This document shows positions 41,701 to 54,900 of a stretch of 64,000 nucleotides of DNA, one piece after another. The notes beneath the pieces were generated by a model that was not told where the DNA came from, did not search any database, and saw only the letters and a program-made list of their open reading frames with translations. The position numbers and the translations under genes were made by a program. The stretch comes from Thalia democratica (taxonomy: Eukaryota). The stretch covers positions 41,044,001 to 41,108,000 of the forward strand of contig OZ241828.1 in NCBI GenBank assembly GCA_965202585.1, given 5' to 3'. Each line of letters begins with the position of its first letter. Within the stretch, counting starts at the first letter, position 1.

Positions 41701-44700
41701 AATTAAATTTTATCAGTTGAAATTAGTTTAAAGAATTTGAAATTAGATTCTTTTAAAAAGATAAGTTAAAAGCTAATTTTTTTTTGCAATAATCTTGCTG
41801 TAGTGTGCCAATACCTGCAGTAAATATTTACTCTAAATAACATATTAGAACAAATTATTAAAAAGAAATCAGTCACTAAACCAACTTTTAGAAGTATTTT
41901 TTTGATGAGTTTGAAAACTACTTATGTTATGGTATTAAAAATGTTAAACAAGTTTTTATTAAGTTGTTTACCAACTTTTAAAAATCTTATTGTAGCATCA
42001 AAATAAAGAATTTGAAACTAGTCTAAACCGTATAGTTTTTAACTTTTCTCCAAAATAAAATACAGGGTTATGTCGTAAATCAATTAAATAAATAAAAAAC
42101 AATTTTCGTGTTAAAGGTATTATCTCCTAAGAATGCTGTGATACACTTGTTTGCTTTTAAGTAAGTTTATATAAAGATTAGAGATTTTAGATTTATTTAA
42201 ACACTGACGAGGTCTTTGACCGAAACTTAGTTTTTAAAATAAATTCTTGTAAGAATAAATTCATTATTTCTTCTCTAGTAGCTGAGATTTCATGATTTGT
42301 TTTCTTAAAACCAAAACATAAAAAAAAAGAAAAGATTACAGTGTTGAAAAGTAGCACAAAAGTTTAACACAAGACTTTGAACTAAGTAGATGCGACTGTG
42401 AGCTTTAAATAATCTTTAAATAATCATCGTTTACAACACACTCTTTAAAATGTAAAACTGTTGTAGAGTTACTTTAAGTACAAAAAAAGTATTTAGTTCA
42501 ATGCAAACAATATACTTTAATCGCTGTTTAAAGTGTGACAAATCATGGTTTTTATCTACAAGGAGTACCTTTGTTGTTTAGACTCTTTTTTGTACCAAGA
42601 TAGTTCTTTTTATGACAATTTAGGTTAAAAAATGGTCAAAAAACTGACTGTAAAATGTTTTTTAAAGTAAAATGAAATATAAAAACTTAAAATACTCTTA
42701 TTTCTTCTTCTAAAGTTTTTCCTGTTCTAAGTAAATGTTTAACATCGTTGTTTGTTACATTAAAGTATGGAGGAATTTCATGGCAAGATTCAAACGCAAG
42801 TGGTAAAGTTCCATTAAGAAGCTGCCATCCTTGTCCTTCGTCTGTCTCCCAGCTTTAATATAAAGTATTATAATTAGTTTTCTATTTTGATTATGCAAGT
42901 AAATTTTGAAAATGATGATTCTTGTCAATTTAAATTAGATTATATAAAAATATTTCAAAAACTAAACTTACTTCTTTACATAGCTGTTTTGAATATCAGT
43001 GGTCAACATACAAGCGAATTTTTTGTAGTCATCAAGGGAGTTTATTGGATGCAGCAGTGCTATAATAAACAATTAAACTTGAAACTGTTTTAGATTAACT
43101 TACTTATGAAGAGAATATACTATAAAAGTTAACAATCAAAAATTTGTTCAGTGTTATTATAAAAAGTAATTTTATCAAACTTTTTAATGTATTCTTAAAA
43201 ATTGTGAACGTATTTTAATTATACTTTAAAGCAGTAAAATATATTATATGCTTTAACTTTTGTAAATAGTGTTTATCTTGATACAACCTATAAACCTCTT
43301 ATTTTTCCTATAGTTGTTGTAAGTCTGCTTTTCAAGACGTTGTGTATAAGATCTTTACCTCTTAAATGTCCTCGCTTAAATATTTTCGGCAATTTATCGC
43401 TGCTTTTTGCATTAACAAACCTACACATTCCTTGTGCATCACTATTGTGCTTTGTCCATTCAAAATCACACTTGTTTTTGTAAACCTCCCGTTTTCGAGC
43501 TTGTATGACAACTTTGTCAGTTTGTTTTTGAGGTATTATTGCTAAAAATTAAAGAAAAAAAATAATACGGTTGTTAAAAAATATCATATTTACAAAAATA
43601 TGCAGCTTGCAACATTGATACAACGAAAATTAAAAAGCTATTAATAAGCGACGGGTCTCTTGATAAGCAGACCGGTAAGCTTTATTAGGTTAGGGTTTTT
43701 CTTATTCAAAAATGCAAGGATAAGCGACTGCTCAACTTTAATGATACTATGTATATTATTCTGATCAAGTAAATTTAAACTATTAGTTGTAGTTGTATGT
43801 ATTTAAACAGCTATCATATATTATTAGTTTATGTTCTTCTTTTTCTTTTGGTATTTTTAAAATATTTTCTAACAAGGTTTTTTTAATTTAAGATTAAACA
43901 AAAACATGTCGATTAGTATATGTTGCCCTTATTGCATGAAACTCACTCAAGACTGTGACGATAGCTAATCAATAGATATCCAAGCTAAAGAAAAACTTCG
44001 GAAACAAGGTTATTAGTTGGACAAATAAGATTTATGTTTAGATAAAAGCAAACAAAATTAGTACACAGAACAAAAAAAAGAAATGATAGCTTTTTACTAA
44101 AGTTATTTGTTAATTAAGACAAAATATTAATAACCCTTTTATTTATAGTATGAAATGTAAAAATGATATTTCTTATAGTTAAATTTTATTGAACGACACA
44201 AAAGCGCTGAAAATATTTGGTCCTAAGACCTGGTGCACAAAAAACCATTTGGTTATCGAGTCACACACCACGGGTTTTAACCTCTTGTCCAGGACAACTA
44301 TAGGACAACTTATATTCTAAACTATTAGTAAAAATAAATGAAAGTCATTTATTATAAATAAACTCATGATAATAAAGTATTTGCTTAAAACTTGTTTAAA
44401 AACCTAAAAATACTAAAACTAGTTCTAAAATAAGACAAAAACTGACTAATACAACTATATTTTACACCAGATAACTTAACACTACATTTCCTAAACTTAT
44501 AAAATAATTACAAATTCAAAAAAACGTTTTTAGTAAACAGCTATATACCGTAAGTTTATGTATTGAAAAAAAAAACCTTACTTTTGAAGATTAATGTTCA
44601 TATTCACTATTTACTGTTAAGAACATCGAATATCTTTGTTTATTATGTTTTTTAACTTTTATTAGTTTTGTGACAAACTTATTCTCGGTAATACGTTTAA

Positions 44701-47700
44701 TTTATTTGTGTTTATATTTAGCGACAAACTTTAAATTTCATATACTGACAGTAAAATTATAGTTTTTTGTTTAAATTTTTTTAAATATCTTTAGCGAAAT
44801 TACAGTTAAAAATTAGTTAAATTGTTATACACTAACATTAAAAATAGTTGTTATATTATATTTTAATACAAAACTAAAATAACAAACTCCTTGATAAATT
44901 TTTTTCCAAGAAAAAAATATTTAATTAATGTAAAATGATAGTTTAAAATTGTGGCAAACAAATGAAAAAGAATGTTATTATAATGAAGGTACTTTTGTGT
45001 AAATTAATTTTATTTAATAGTTTAAACCTTTTCGATCATTGCAGTAAAGTTTATTAAAAATAATCTTTACCTTTTTTTATTTTTTCAAGTTCTACGTGTC
45101 AATGAGAATAAATTAGCTAAAATAATTAGAAGTTAGTTAGGCATAATTGTACACAATTTCCTTTGTGTCTATATACTATAAAACAGAAAAATGTTTGCAT
45201 ATAACTTTCAATTAACAACCAATTAAGATTACAGTGAATTCAACCATGCAAATGCTCATCAAGCCAAATATTTTAGATTTTGTTATTTTAAATAACTAAT
45301 GTTTTATATTGTATGCAATTAAAGTAAAAGTATTTTCTACATGTTTCATTATAATTGACAGCTTTTTATTTGAATTCCTTCCATTACTAACATCAATCTT
45401 ATTTTTTCAGCTACAAATTTTTCAATGCTTAATATTTAATTTTTTTGAAAACTTAAATTTAGCAGCTATACTGGTTTAATATATACAATTTAAAACAAAA
45501 GGACTTGAAGTTTTTTAAATACTTCACATTGTGTTACAATAAATACATAATAAACATTTTGTACTTAAATTTTATGTAAGTTTACTTATTTACTAATTCA
45601 TTTTCTAAAAAAAAGTAACGTAAATTAAAATAAATATATAAAAAAGCATGCTTAAAAATTTACTCTTCTCAAAAATACAAACTAAATAAAAACCTTTGAT
45701 TTCTAAGGATAAGTATTTTAATAACTCTGACTTGTGTAAGAAGTTTATTAAGAAAGTACTTCTTATTTATTTAAATCTGTTGAGTATGTTTATTATAAAG
45801 TTAATAAATATGTTAAACAGTTAATTGTTGTAATAAAAAACAAAAAATATAAGTAAGGACTAAGAGTTGTTAAGTTTAAAACACTTGTTTAAAAAGCACT
45901 ACATTTTATCTATTTTGGACAAACACACTAAATAGAAACAGGAGTTACCTTTTAAGGAAAACGTTTAAAGCAAAACTTAGTTTTAATAACACTTTTTAAC
46001 TCTATTAAATAATATTTAGCTCAAATATAAAACAAATTTTAGACCTCTTCCTTCAACAATGTCGCATTTGTCTGAAATGTAGCCATATACAGGGAAAAAT
46101 ACTTCCGAATCATTTTGACGTTTAACAGACACATAATCGCACAACCAGTCGTCTTTAACGTAGAATATTTCGCGTAATCCTTTTTCATTAATTATAAATT
46201 AAAAAAACGTATGATAAAAAGTTCATAAATAAATTTTTATACAATTAGATTTGAAGTATGAGTTGACCATTTGTTAGACTAATTCAAAACTAAACTGAAT
46301 AATAATATTCTTTAGGGAACAATAAACGCTTTAAACGAAATGTAAACAACAAAGCGTTTTAATTTTTGAAACTAAATACTATTCATATAATTTTCTGAAT
46401 AGTGTCGGCAAATAACACAGTTTTATTAAAAAAGTATTGATATGAAGCAAACTTATACTTTTGTATTTAAAAAGAAAATTAAATTACTAATGTGACAATT
46501 TTTTTCTTCAAACTTTTTTATCTCTCAACTTTTCAGGAGCAAAATTATTTTTAACTAACTTATTTTTACTAGTTTTGGAGTACCGATATCTTTTATTTTA
46601 ATGTTAAAAACGTCAGTCGAGCCGTTTTTAAAGTCATCATTAAATCTAATGTCCAGCAAAATCCATCCAGTCGTGTTTTCGACTAAATTTGTTCCAACTA
46701 GTTTTATATATACATCTGAGTCTGTCCCTGCATCTTTATACATTTCTGAGGTCTAATTGTATAACAAACGCATTTTCGTAAAATGATAACATTTGTATAT
46801 TAAAATATAAAGTTATTTTTAACTTTTATAAAGCATATTAGAAAAATACGATTCAAAATATGTAGTTTGTATTGTAATGTATTGAAAATGCATTAAATTT
46901 TCCCTGCTTACTATTTTTTTTAATTTATTTTTTTTCTCTTTTAGTTTTCATTAATTTTTTATACTACTTTATATTTTTTTACTCCTCTCATAGTCTTTAA
47001 TTCCATTGGTAATGCATTACAGTATAATTAACTAACTAACTTTCAAAGTTAAAAATTGCTTAAAATATTTTTACAGTTTCTAAAGTTTTGTAAACTTTAA
47101 GGACTTTAGAATAATTCCTTCGAATTTATAACAAGTATTTGAATAATCTATTTTTCATAAATCTATTTACAATGGATATGGATTTAAGTGCTTAATTTTT
47201 TATAACATTTAAAAAAGTACAATTTTTTCCTGTAAAAAGTAAAAATCTTGTTTTTTACTGATACTATAGTATAAAAACGTTTTATGAATTATAAAAATTA
47301 CTGTTTATAATTTTTTATTTTACATACTCAACACGCTAGTTTAAAACATTTTACAGAAGTATTTAAATAATGATAAAAGTTTAAAAGTATAAGCGGTGCT
47401 TAAAACCTTTTGAAATATTTGATAAAAAGACAGTTATTGTAAACGGAATTTATAAAAAAAAATGTAATTTAACTAAATACTAAATATTATCTTTTTTTTA
47501 TTAAACAATGATGAATATGATATTTAGTAGTTAAATTTTCATAATAGTTTTAAAACAAGCTACTACTATTACTTTTTCAATTAAATTACTGTGTGTGACA
47601 AATAACATTTTCTAAATTAGATTAGTTTATTGTTATAAAAAAGCTTAGTAAAAAAATAAACAGTTTAAATTTAAGATGCAATTAACTTTTTTACTAAACA

Positions 47701-47783
47701 AGTAAAAAGAATTTAGTTCCTCATAGTTTAAATAAAACAATTACCTTCACTATAATACGATAGTTAATACAACTTTTAGACAT
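32701..47783 (-). CDS. Lipoxygenase (PLAT domain + catalytic domain), complete, 686 aa (LOX-A)
   Basis: 14 GT-AG exons: 47783-47745, 46752-46560, 46179-46045, 43541-43296, 43059-42972, 42852-42696, 40910-40632, 39322-39130, 36782-36702, 35926-35811, 35474-35355, 34151-34017, 33196-33098, 32880-32701 (2061 nt). PLAT motif YRIIVKTSEMYKDAGTDSDVYIKL; iron-ligand motifs HEWIAHFLHTH and QHTAVNFGQ; C-terminus KNIAT. Confidence 0.92.
34851..35153. mobile_element. Degenerate hAT-type MITE
   Basis: Imperfect TIRs cagggatcggcaaactt and aagtctgcctactccta. No clear TSD. Confidence 0.4.
36932..37315. mobile_element. hAT Charlie-type MITE
   Basis: TIRs cagggtttc and gaaatcctg. 8-bp TSD atttatag / atttatac (7 of 8). 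Confidence 0.7.
37461..37881. mobile_element. MULE-like MITE, related family, reverse orientation
   Basis: Starts GGG and ends CCC. 9-bp TSD aagttttac (37452-37460, 37882-37890). Carries the reverse complement of the central ...accgagggtaacggtagggtaacagtaa motif. Lies in an intron of the minus-strand lipoxygenase. Confidence 0.7.
42191..42245 (+). ncRNA. Hammerhead-ribozyme-like core (probably a Penelope-like remnant)
   Basis: CTGACGA-GGTC-ttt-GACC-GAAAC: intact catalytic boxes and perfect helix II. Helices I and III are imperfect. Confidence 0.45.
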
Positions 47784-49269
47784 GCTTTTACTCTGTCAGT
47801 TCTTGAACACTTTTCCTTTACGTTTTTTTATCAATCTCAAAACTTTTAATATAGAAGAATAACCAAAGCAATTTTTTGTTTTACTAGAAGTTCACTACTA
47901 AGAATAATCATATTTTAAAGATAGCTAAAAATATATTTAAACAACTACGTTCTTCCTTATTTGCTTCCTTGTATATCATGACGGTTTACAATACTTTTGT
48001 ACAAGATGTAAAAACGAACTTATATACATTTTGAGCTTGTTTACAAAGCGTAAGTACTGTAAAGCATTAACTAAGTTACTTATTTTAGCAAAACACACTT
48101 TAAATTTTTAAATACATTTGTTGCCTTTTTTGTAATAAAAAATACTAAAACAAACAAATTGTTTCTATTGATATAACATTTTATGTAAAAGTAATTACAC
48201 TTTTTACTAAACTATTGTAGCTTTTAATCTGTTCATAAGTTATTTAGTTACTTAGACTTCGTAATGCTTTAGAGATTATTTAATAGTAGAATATTATATA
48301 AACAATAGTTGTAATATTTTTTTAAGTAGGCTAATAACCTTTATATAACAGTTACAAAAGATTTGTGTTTTTAAACCTCGAATTTTGTATTTTAAGTTAT
48401 TGCTACCGCTTTTTTCTCTAAAAGTCTTATCTACTTGAAGGAACTTATTATTGAATTTAGCAGTTTTTTTTTATTTAACAAAACTTTTAAAATTAAGAAA
48501 AATCGTTAGGTAATGTTAATGTAAACAAAAATATAGTTAGATCAAAAATCAAAATATACATATTTAAAAACTTGGCTTATTTTCTTAAAATTTCATTTAT
48601 ACAGTAGTTTCATTTATAAAAGATAAAATATGTATGTTTTGAGGTTATTCATACTAATATTCATAACTATTCATAAACTTCAATAAATGTAAAACTAGCA
48701 TTTCCGTAAAGTTAATTTATTATTCACTCTGAGTGGTTTAAGTAAATACTTTTGCACATGTATTTTTTTATAAAAAGGCATTTAGTTTTTTATAACTACT
48801 GTTAGTATAAAAAGTCAATTATCTACCTTGTTACTAAAAATAAATCTTTCTTAAAATGTCTATTAAAATATTGAAAAATAAAAGGTTCGACTACATAATT
48901 TAAAAAAAAGTAATTCAAGGTATGTTATTATTTTTGAAAATAATATTATATTGTTTACTAAACGAAAAAATTTGCTCAAAATTTGGTCCAAGGACCTAGT
49001 GTACGTAAAAACCTTTCGGTTATATACAATAAAAACATAATTACGACGATTAGACGTGTTTAATGCTCTTTTTAAAACATTTATTAAAAAAATCCTACGG
49101 ATAATAAAGCAAGCTTCTTTTTATTTGTACATTAATGTTTTTGTTACAAAAGTATAACTTTCTTAATAAAACTTTAAATTACCCGTTTATACAAAACGAC
49201 TTTTCAATTAAAAACTGTTGTTTTATTTATTAAACTCTAGTATTTCGTACTTGTTTTATGTTTCAAATA

Positions 49270-50363
49270 CAGTAACCTGCCTACTAGGTACGCACTTTGA
49301 ACACAGCGCAAAATTTGTATTTAATCGGCAGTGCGTACCTAACAAGGTTTGGTCTTCAATTTTACACATTAATCTTAATACAGACGTGTTAAAAGCCACA
49401 AAAGTTTACAAATGACTATTAAAACATAACACCCCAATATAAAAATTTTCATCATAAAAACTAAACATATTTGTTTAAAGTTATGATAAGTTTTGGATAT
49501 TTATTATATGTATTTATTTATAATCAACCCATAAAGGTTTTTTTTATCTAATTGTATTTAGTTATAACTTTAAAATTTTTATATATATAATTATTTAAAT
49601 AATAATTTTAGATTAATAAATACTTATGAAAACATTGATTATGTTTTTATCAAATTATGTTTATTCAAAATAGCTAATTTAGGGTTTAAAAATTTGTAAA
49701 ATATTAAGCAGCACAAAGTATCTGGTAAACCTAAACGACAATCTAAACTAATAGAGATTAGTTCAAAATCATCTAGTTCTAAATCAACCTCATTTGCAAA
49801 GTTCTTTCATTTCGTTCATATCGCTTTTTTACTTTTTTCACGTTTATGTTGCAAACATGGGATGTGCTAATAATAATTGCCCTGTTGACTAATTTTATTT
49901 ATTTAAATTTTTGATTTTCATAAACTTTTTACGTTTATTTTTCAACCATTGGATGCGCAAATGTTAATTACATTGTTCATTATTTTGGTATATCGAAATT
50001 TATATGATGTTTTCAGTTTTTTATTCCTATGTTATAATTATGGGGCATGCAAATTTAAATAGCACTGTTCGTTATTTTCGCTAAATAAGTAAACTGCAAC
50101 ATGCTTGTTTTAAGTATTGGATTTGATATACAATTCTAAGTTCATAACTTAATTTTTGGTTCCTTTAGATTTAATTTATTTGAATTTAATACAGTATAAC
50201 TATTTTTTTTAAATAATACTTTTGTGTTACTACTTTAAGTTATGTTTTTTTTCAATTCATATCAAAATAAAAATAAATTTTAACACAGCGTTTTTTGGCT
50301 AAAAGTGCGTATCATACTGGCAGTATGTACCAAGGAATTGCGTATCTAGGTGGAAGGTTACTT
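49270..50363. mobile_element. pogo/Tigger-type degenerate element in the lipoxygenase intergenic region
   Basis: ta|cagtaacctgcctactaggtacgc at the left and gcgtatctaggtggaaggttact at the right are inverted. A related end fragment is at ~21850-21900. Confidence 0.5.
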
Positions 50364-51108
50364 CAGAAGGTTAAGTTTTCAACCACTTTAAGCTTACCTA
50401 CATACTTACGTTTAAATTTACGCACGTGTGTAGTATACATACTTTAAATACTTTTAACTAATGAAATGAACCATAGCATATTCATATTTTCACCTTTTTA
50501 AACAACCTTTATCCAGATATTCTTGTTTTGAAATATTATCTTAAATGTTTGTTACAACTACTTTTATAACATTAAAACATATGTACATGAGGGGTAATAA
50601 GCCTTTTTCAGTATGTAACACATTTTCAGAAAAAAAAACGAGAAGAGGAAAAAACGTATTCACTACTATTAGCAAAAAGGAACAGAGGAATACAATTTTA
50701 TTACTAGCAATGAACAAGCTTGAAACTTTTATAAACTAATAGAAATATAGTTTTAATTAATCAACCTTTTTTTACTGCTATTTAGTTATTTTTGAATCCA
50801 GTAACCATTTGACATCTTTAAAAGGTCAATTTTTTTTCGTTTAAGTTTTTTTTTTCAATAAAATGCTAACTGCAGATAAGTTTATGCAGCGTAACTTGAA
50901 ATCAATAAATTTTTATTTGTCAAACCAAAGCTTAAGTAGGGCTTGATTATAAAGTGTTATAGCAAAGTTTTATATACTGTAATGAAAAATTAATCAGTCA
51001 TACATAATCATAAAAAATGAGCCGACATTATGTATAGCAAATCTTATTGAAACTGATTTTACAATTTTTAATAAAAGATTATTACTTGTTTTAAACACAT
51101 GTAATTGT

Positions 51109-51351
51109 ACAGCTTTTTTCCGGTGCATAACTTATTTATAAAATATAACAGAATACATTTCATTTTCTTTAAACTTATTTTAGTATTTTCGTAGTAAGGC
51201 TCATCAGAAATATTTTCTTACTGAATTGGAATGAATACAAATTAGTTTGTATTCATTCCAATTCAGTAAGAAACGGTTTCTGATGAGCCTTACTACGAAT
51301 GTACTAAAATAAATTTAAAGAAAATGAAATGTATTCTGTTATATTTTTTAA
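51109..51351. mobile_element. Palindromic micro-insertion with 12-bp TSD (probable Penelope-like retro-fragment)
   Basis: TSD acatgtaattgt at 51097-51108 and 51352-51363. Inverted arms of ~102 bp (51140-51241, 51246-51347) with a 4-nt loop. Each arm carries CTGATGAG-ccttacta-CGAA. Confidence 0.7.
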
Positions 51352-51939
51352 ACATGTAATTGTGATCACAGTTGCTTTTGTTTTTACAACAATTTGTACT
51401 TAATGTTTAAATTTTAGTCGGAAAATTTTTATAATACATCTATATATTAAGTGCTTTTATGTTTTATGTTTGTAAAATATGACTTAATCGTTTTTTTTTA
51501 ATTTATAGTTCATAAATTCTGCTTTAAACCATAAAAAAATTTAATTGTTAGAAATACTATAAGGGAATTTATTGATAAAAATTGTATGGAATAGGTATTA
51601 TTTAGTCTGTAAAAGGTACTAGCTTCTTATATTTTAAAATTATCTTGTACTTACATTTTCATTTTAAAGTGAAGAAAATCTTATATAAACAAGTTTTGTA
51701 TTGTTTTAAAAAAAGTACAAAAAGACTTTGATAATGAGTAATATAGTAACAATAGTACATTTTTACGTGGTAAAATTTAAAGTAAATTAAAAATATCATG
51801 TTGCTTTTTAAACATTGAAAACTTTTAGATATGTTTATAAAATTATAATAGCTTATAGAATTTTAAATGATTGTTTTTTTAATTTTATTGTATTTTTTTT
51901 TAGTTTAATAGAGAAGTATTAATTTGCTTGGTTTTCGAA

Positions 51940-54900
51940 ATGAGTAGTAACACAACTACTTATAAAATCACGGTAAAAGTGAGTTCAAAGTTATATACTT
52001 TATTATATAAATGACAAAAGTGGTTTTTTAAATCAATTAAAATTCTCTCTGTTAGCTTTTTGCTGTTATAAAATTAAAGTAGTATAAGTAATAATAGCTA
52101 ATATTTATGTTGTGCTAATTGTAAAAACATGTGTTTTTGGGTAGCATATTTACTCGTTTGTTATCAAGTAACTTTATAAGGTGACCTTTTAGAAAAACGT
52201 TAAAACAATTGCTTTAAAAAATGTTTTAAGTTTCTATAAAGAAGAAAAAAGTGTATATCTGTAATTTACTTTTTGTCTGACTAATTTTTTTTAATTTTAC
52301 GTTGCATCACCAACGAGTTACAAAACTAAATAAAAAAAATTCTGTATTTTCTTACAAACTAGAAATTTATACTTATGGTGAAATAGATAGTTATATCCGT
52401 TAGACCTTATAAAAAACAGTATATGTAATTCAGTTTTTTTGTTTAAGAAATAAGTACTATCAAGGAATAAGTTTATTGTAGCAGTTTCCTAGTTTGGTAT
52501 ATAATGATATTAGTCATACTTTATGCTTAATATTTCAAGTTTTAATCGAGATTTTTATCTTTAACTTTATTCAACTAAACTGTGCGATAACTATAGTTAC
52601 AATTTCAAAAAACATAGCGGCTAACTATTTGTGTTTTACGAATTATTTAAATTAGTTATTAAGTACAAAACATCTTTACAAACTTATTTTAGACTTCTGA
52701 CGCTTACAGAGATGCGGGCACAAATTCGTATGTTTATATAAAATTAATTGGTTCCAATGGTGATAACGTAAAAACTGAATGGCATCTTTTGGATATTTTA
52801 CTCAGAGATGATTTTCAATTAGGAGCAACTGATGTTTTTTATGTAAAGATGAAAGATGTTGGGATACCTAAAATCATTAAGATACGTTGGTCTTTTGCAT
52901 TATTAAGTTTATTGATCTTTATTTTTTTTTGTTTGTAAAAAACTACATAATTCTAAAATAGTTTTTCTTACAATTTTACAAACACATATAAAGGTTTATA
53001 TGTATGCACTTTAGTTTTACGTAACTAAATAACTTCTTTATTTAAAAATATCAATAGTACAAAAAATAATTTGTTTCTTGAAAAGAAAGTAAATTTTTTA
53101 ACATAAAACTGTTTTTTATTATTTTATTATTTATTAAGGTCTAGTAACAATTATAATATTTTTTAATACTTATAAACTATGATATTTAATCGTACTTACA
53201 AAATTTTTGCAAATTAGTGAACAAAAAAAAACAGTAGTTTAGTGTTTTATAATCATAAAAGTATTTAAAATTTTGGTAAAAGTTTTTTACCACAGCAATG
53301 CATGAAAAGCCTAACATTTGAGTTTAGTTGTTTATTGCACAATACTCAATTTCAATTTTTCTTTACAATTTAAAAGTTTATTAAAAAAAATTATATACAA
53401 ATCTTAAAGTTTAAAGCTGTTTAATCCTTTTTATATTTAAAAAGTCACGTCAACATCACTCCTTTTGAATAGCAAACTTATTATATTTTTTTCGAAGTAA
53501 AGGAAAAAAATACATCTATAAAAAAAAAAGCAACGCACTATTTACACGAATTTATAGTAAAGTAATTTTCAAGCAGGAGATTCTACGCTAAAAGGGCAAT
53601 ATCGTTCTGTTTGAAAAAAAAGTTATTTGATTAAAATATGCCAGCAATTTTTTTCTTATAGAATGTTTTTTTTTAACTCGGGTTTAATGCATCCAAAAGT
53701 AAAAAAAAAGTACTTTAGGAATAGACGATTGGCTTTACGTAAGAGATGAATGGTTGTGTGAGACAATATCTGTTACACGTGATGATATCACAGTTTTGTT
53801 TCCGGTTTATTCATACATTGACCACGAGTACGAAATAATGGATGGTATAGGTTGGTATACGAAATTAAAAACATAGATTTAAAATCTGACTAACTTAATA
53901 ATTTAATATTTTATAAGATAATTTTTTACTTCAAAAATCGCGAAGATAAATTTGTCTTGTTTTTTTCTAAGCTTTAGTTAATATAATTATGAAAAATATG
54001 CATCAAAGTTTAAAGCTATCTTTAACTACGCTATTTGACTCTGGTAAAACATGAATAGCTTAAACAATAGTATAAACTAGATATATATAACTTCTACTTT
54101 GTGTTCAATTTTAACCTCATGTTTAAAAGCATAATTGAAAAAACGAATGTTTGAGAACTTTTTAAAGAAAGTATACTCAAATGCAATACGATATAAGAGG
54201 TCATTATTTATGCCCCATCTTCTCTGAATGCTTTTAGAATTAGTATAGCACTTTGATTGATTGAAAATCCCAAGACCAAATAAAGTTTTAAGAACATTTT
54301 GAAAACTATGTGCTACTATTAAATTTTTTTTTAGTATTTCATTATTGTGGTATTGAAACAAAAAGCATTAAAAACCTAATTTCTACTTGACGGGAATAAA
54401 TTTCTATCGAATTTAAGCAAAAAGTTTTTTATTTATATAAAAAACTATTTTAAATAAAACCAATAATTTTAACAATTTTTTAAATCAGCTAAACTTCCTC
54501 AACACGAAGCCTGTAGACGCCGCATTAAAGCTAGGTATAAGGAAATTCAAAGAAACAAAAATGAGTTCCAATGGGTAGATAGAAAAGAAGCTTCTAGCGG
54601 AGTCTGTAGGTATGTTAAAGCATCAGGTTACGAGAACTTGCCTCGTATATTCAAGCGTACTTTGTCAAGAGAAAGAGGTTTAGACGGTCATAGGTTTTTA
54701 GGACAACTGAATGCAGTAATTGCTCGAGTTGAAGGTATGCTATTTATAATTGAAGTTTATTTAAAACGATTAGAATGAATAAATGACCATCATAAAAAAA
54801 ACAAAAAACTTTAATTATGAAAATTTTATTATGTAAATTTTATTATAAAATTTTTAGCAGTATTAATTTTTTGAAAAAAAACTACAATTGTATGTTGATG

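Noticed and set aside
54077-54361. 94-aa minus-strand ORF in a LOX-B intron
   Set aside because: No recognisable motif; composition fits an AT-rich chance ORF or a decayed retroelement. A BLASTX would settle it.
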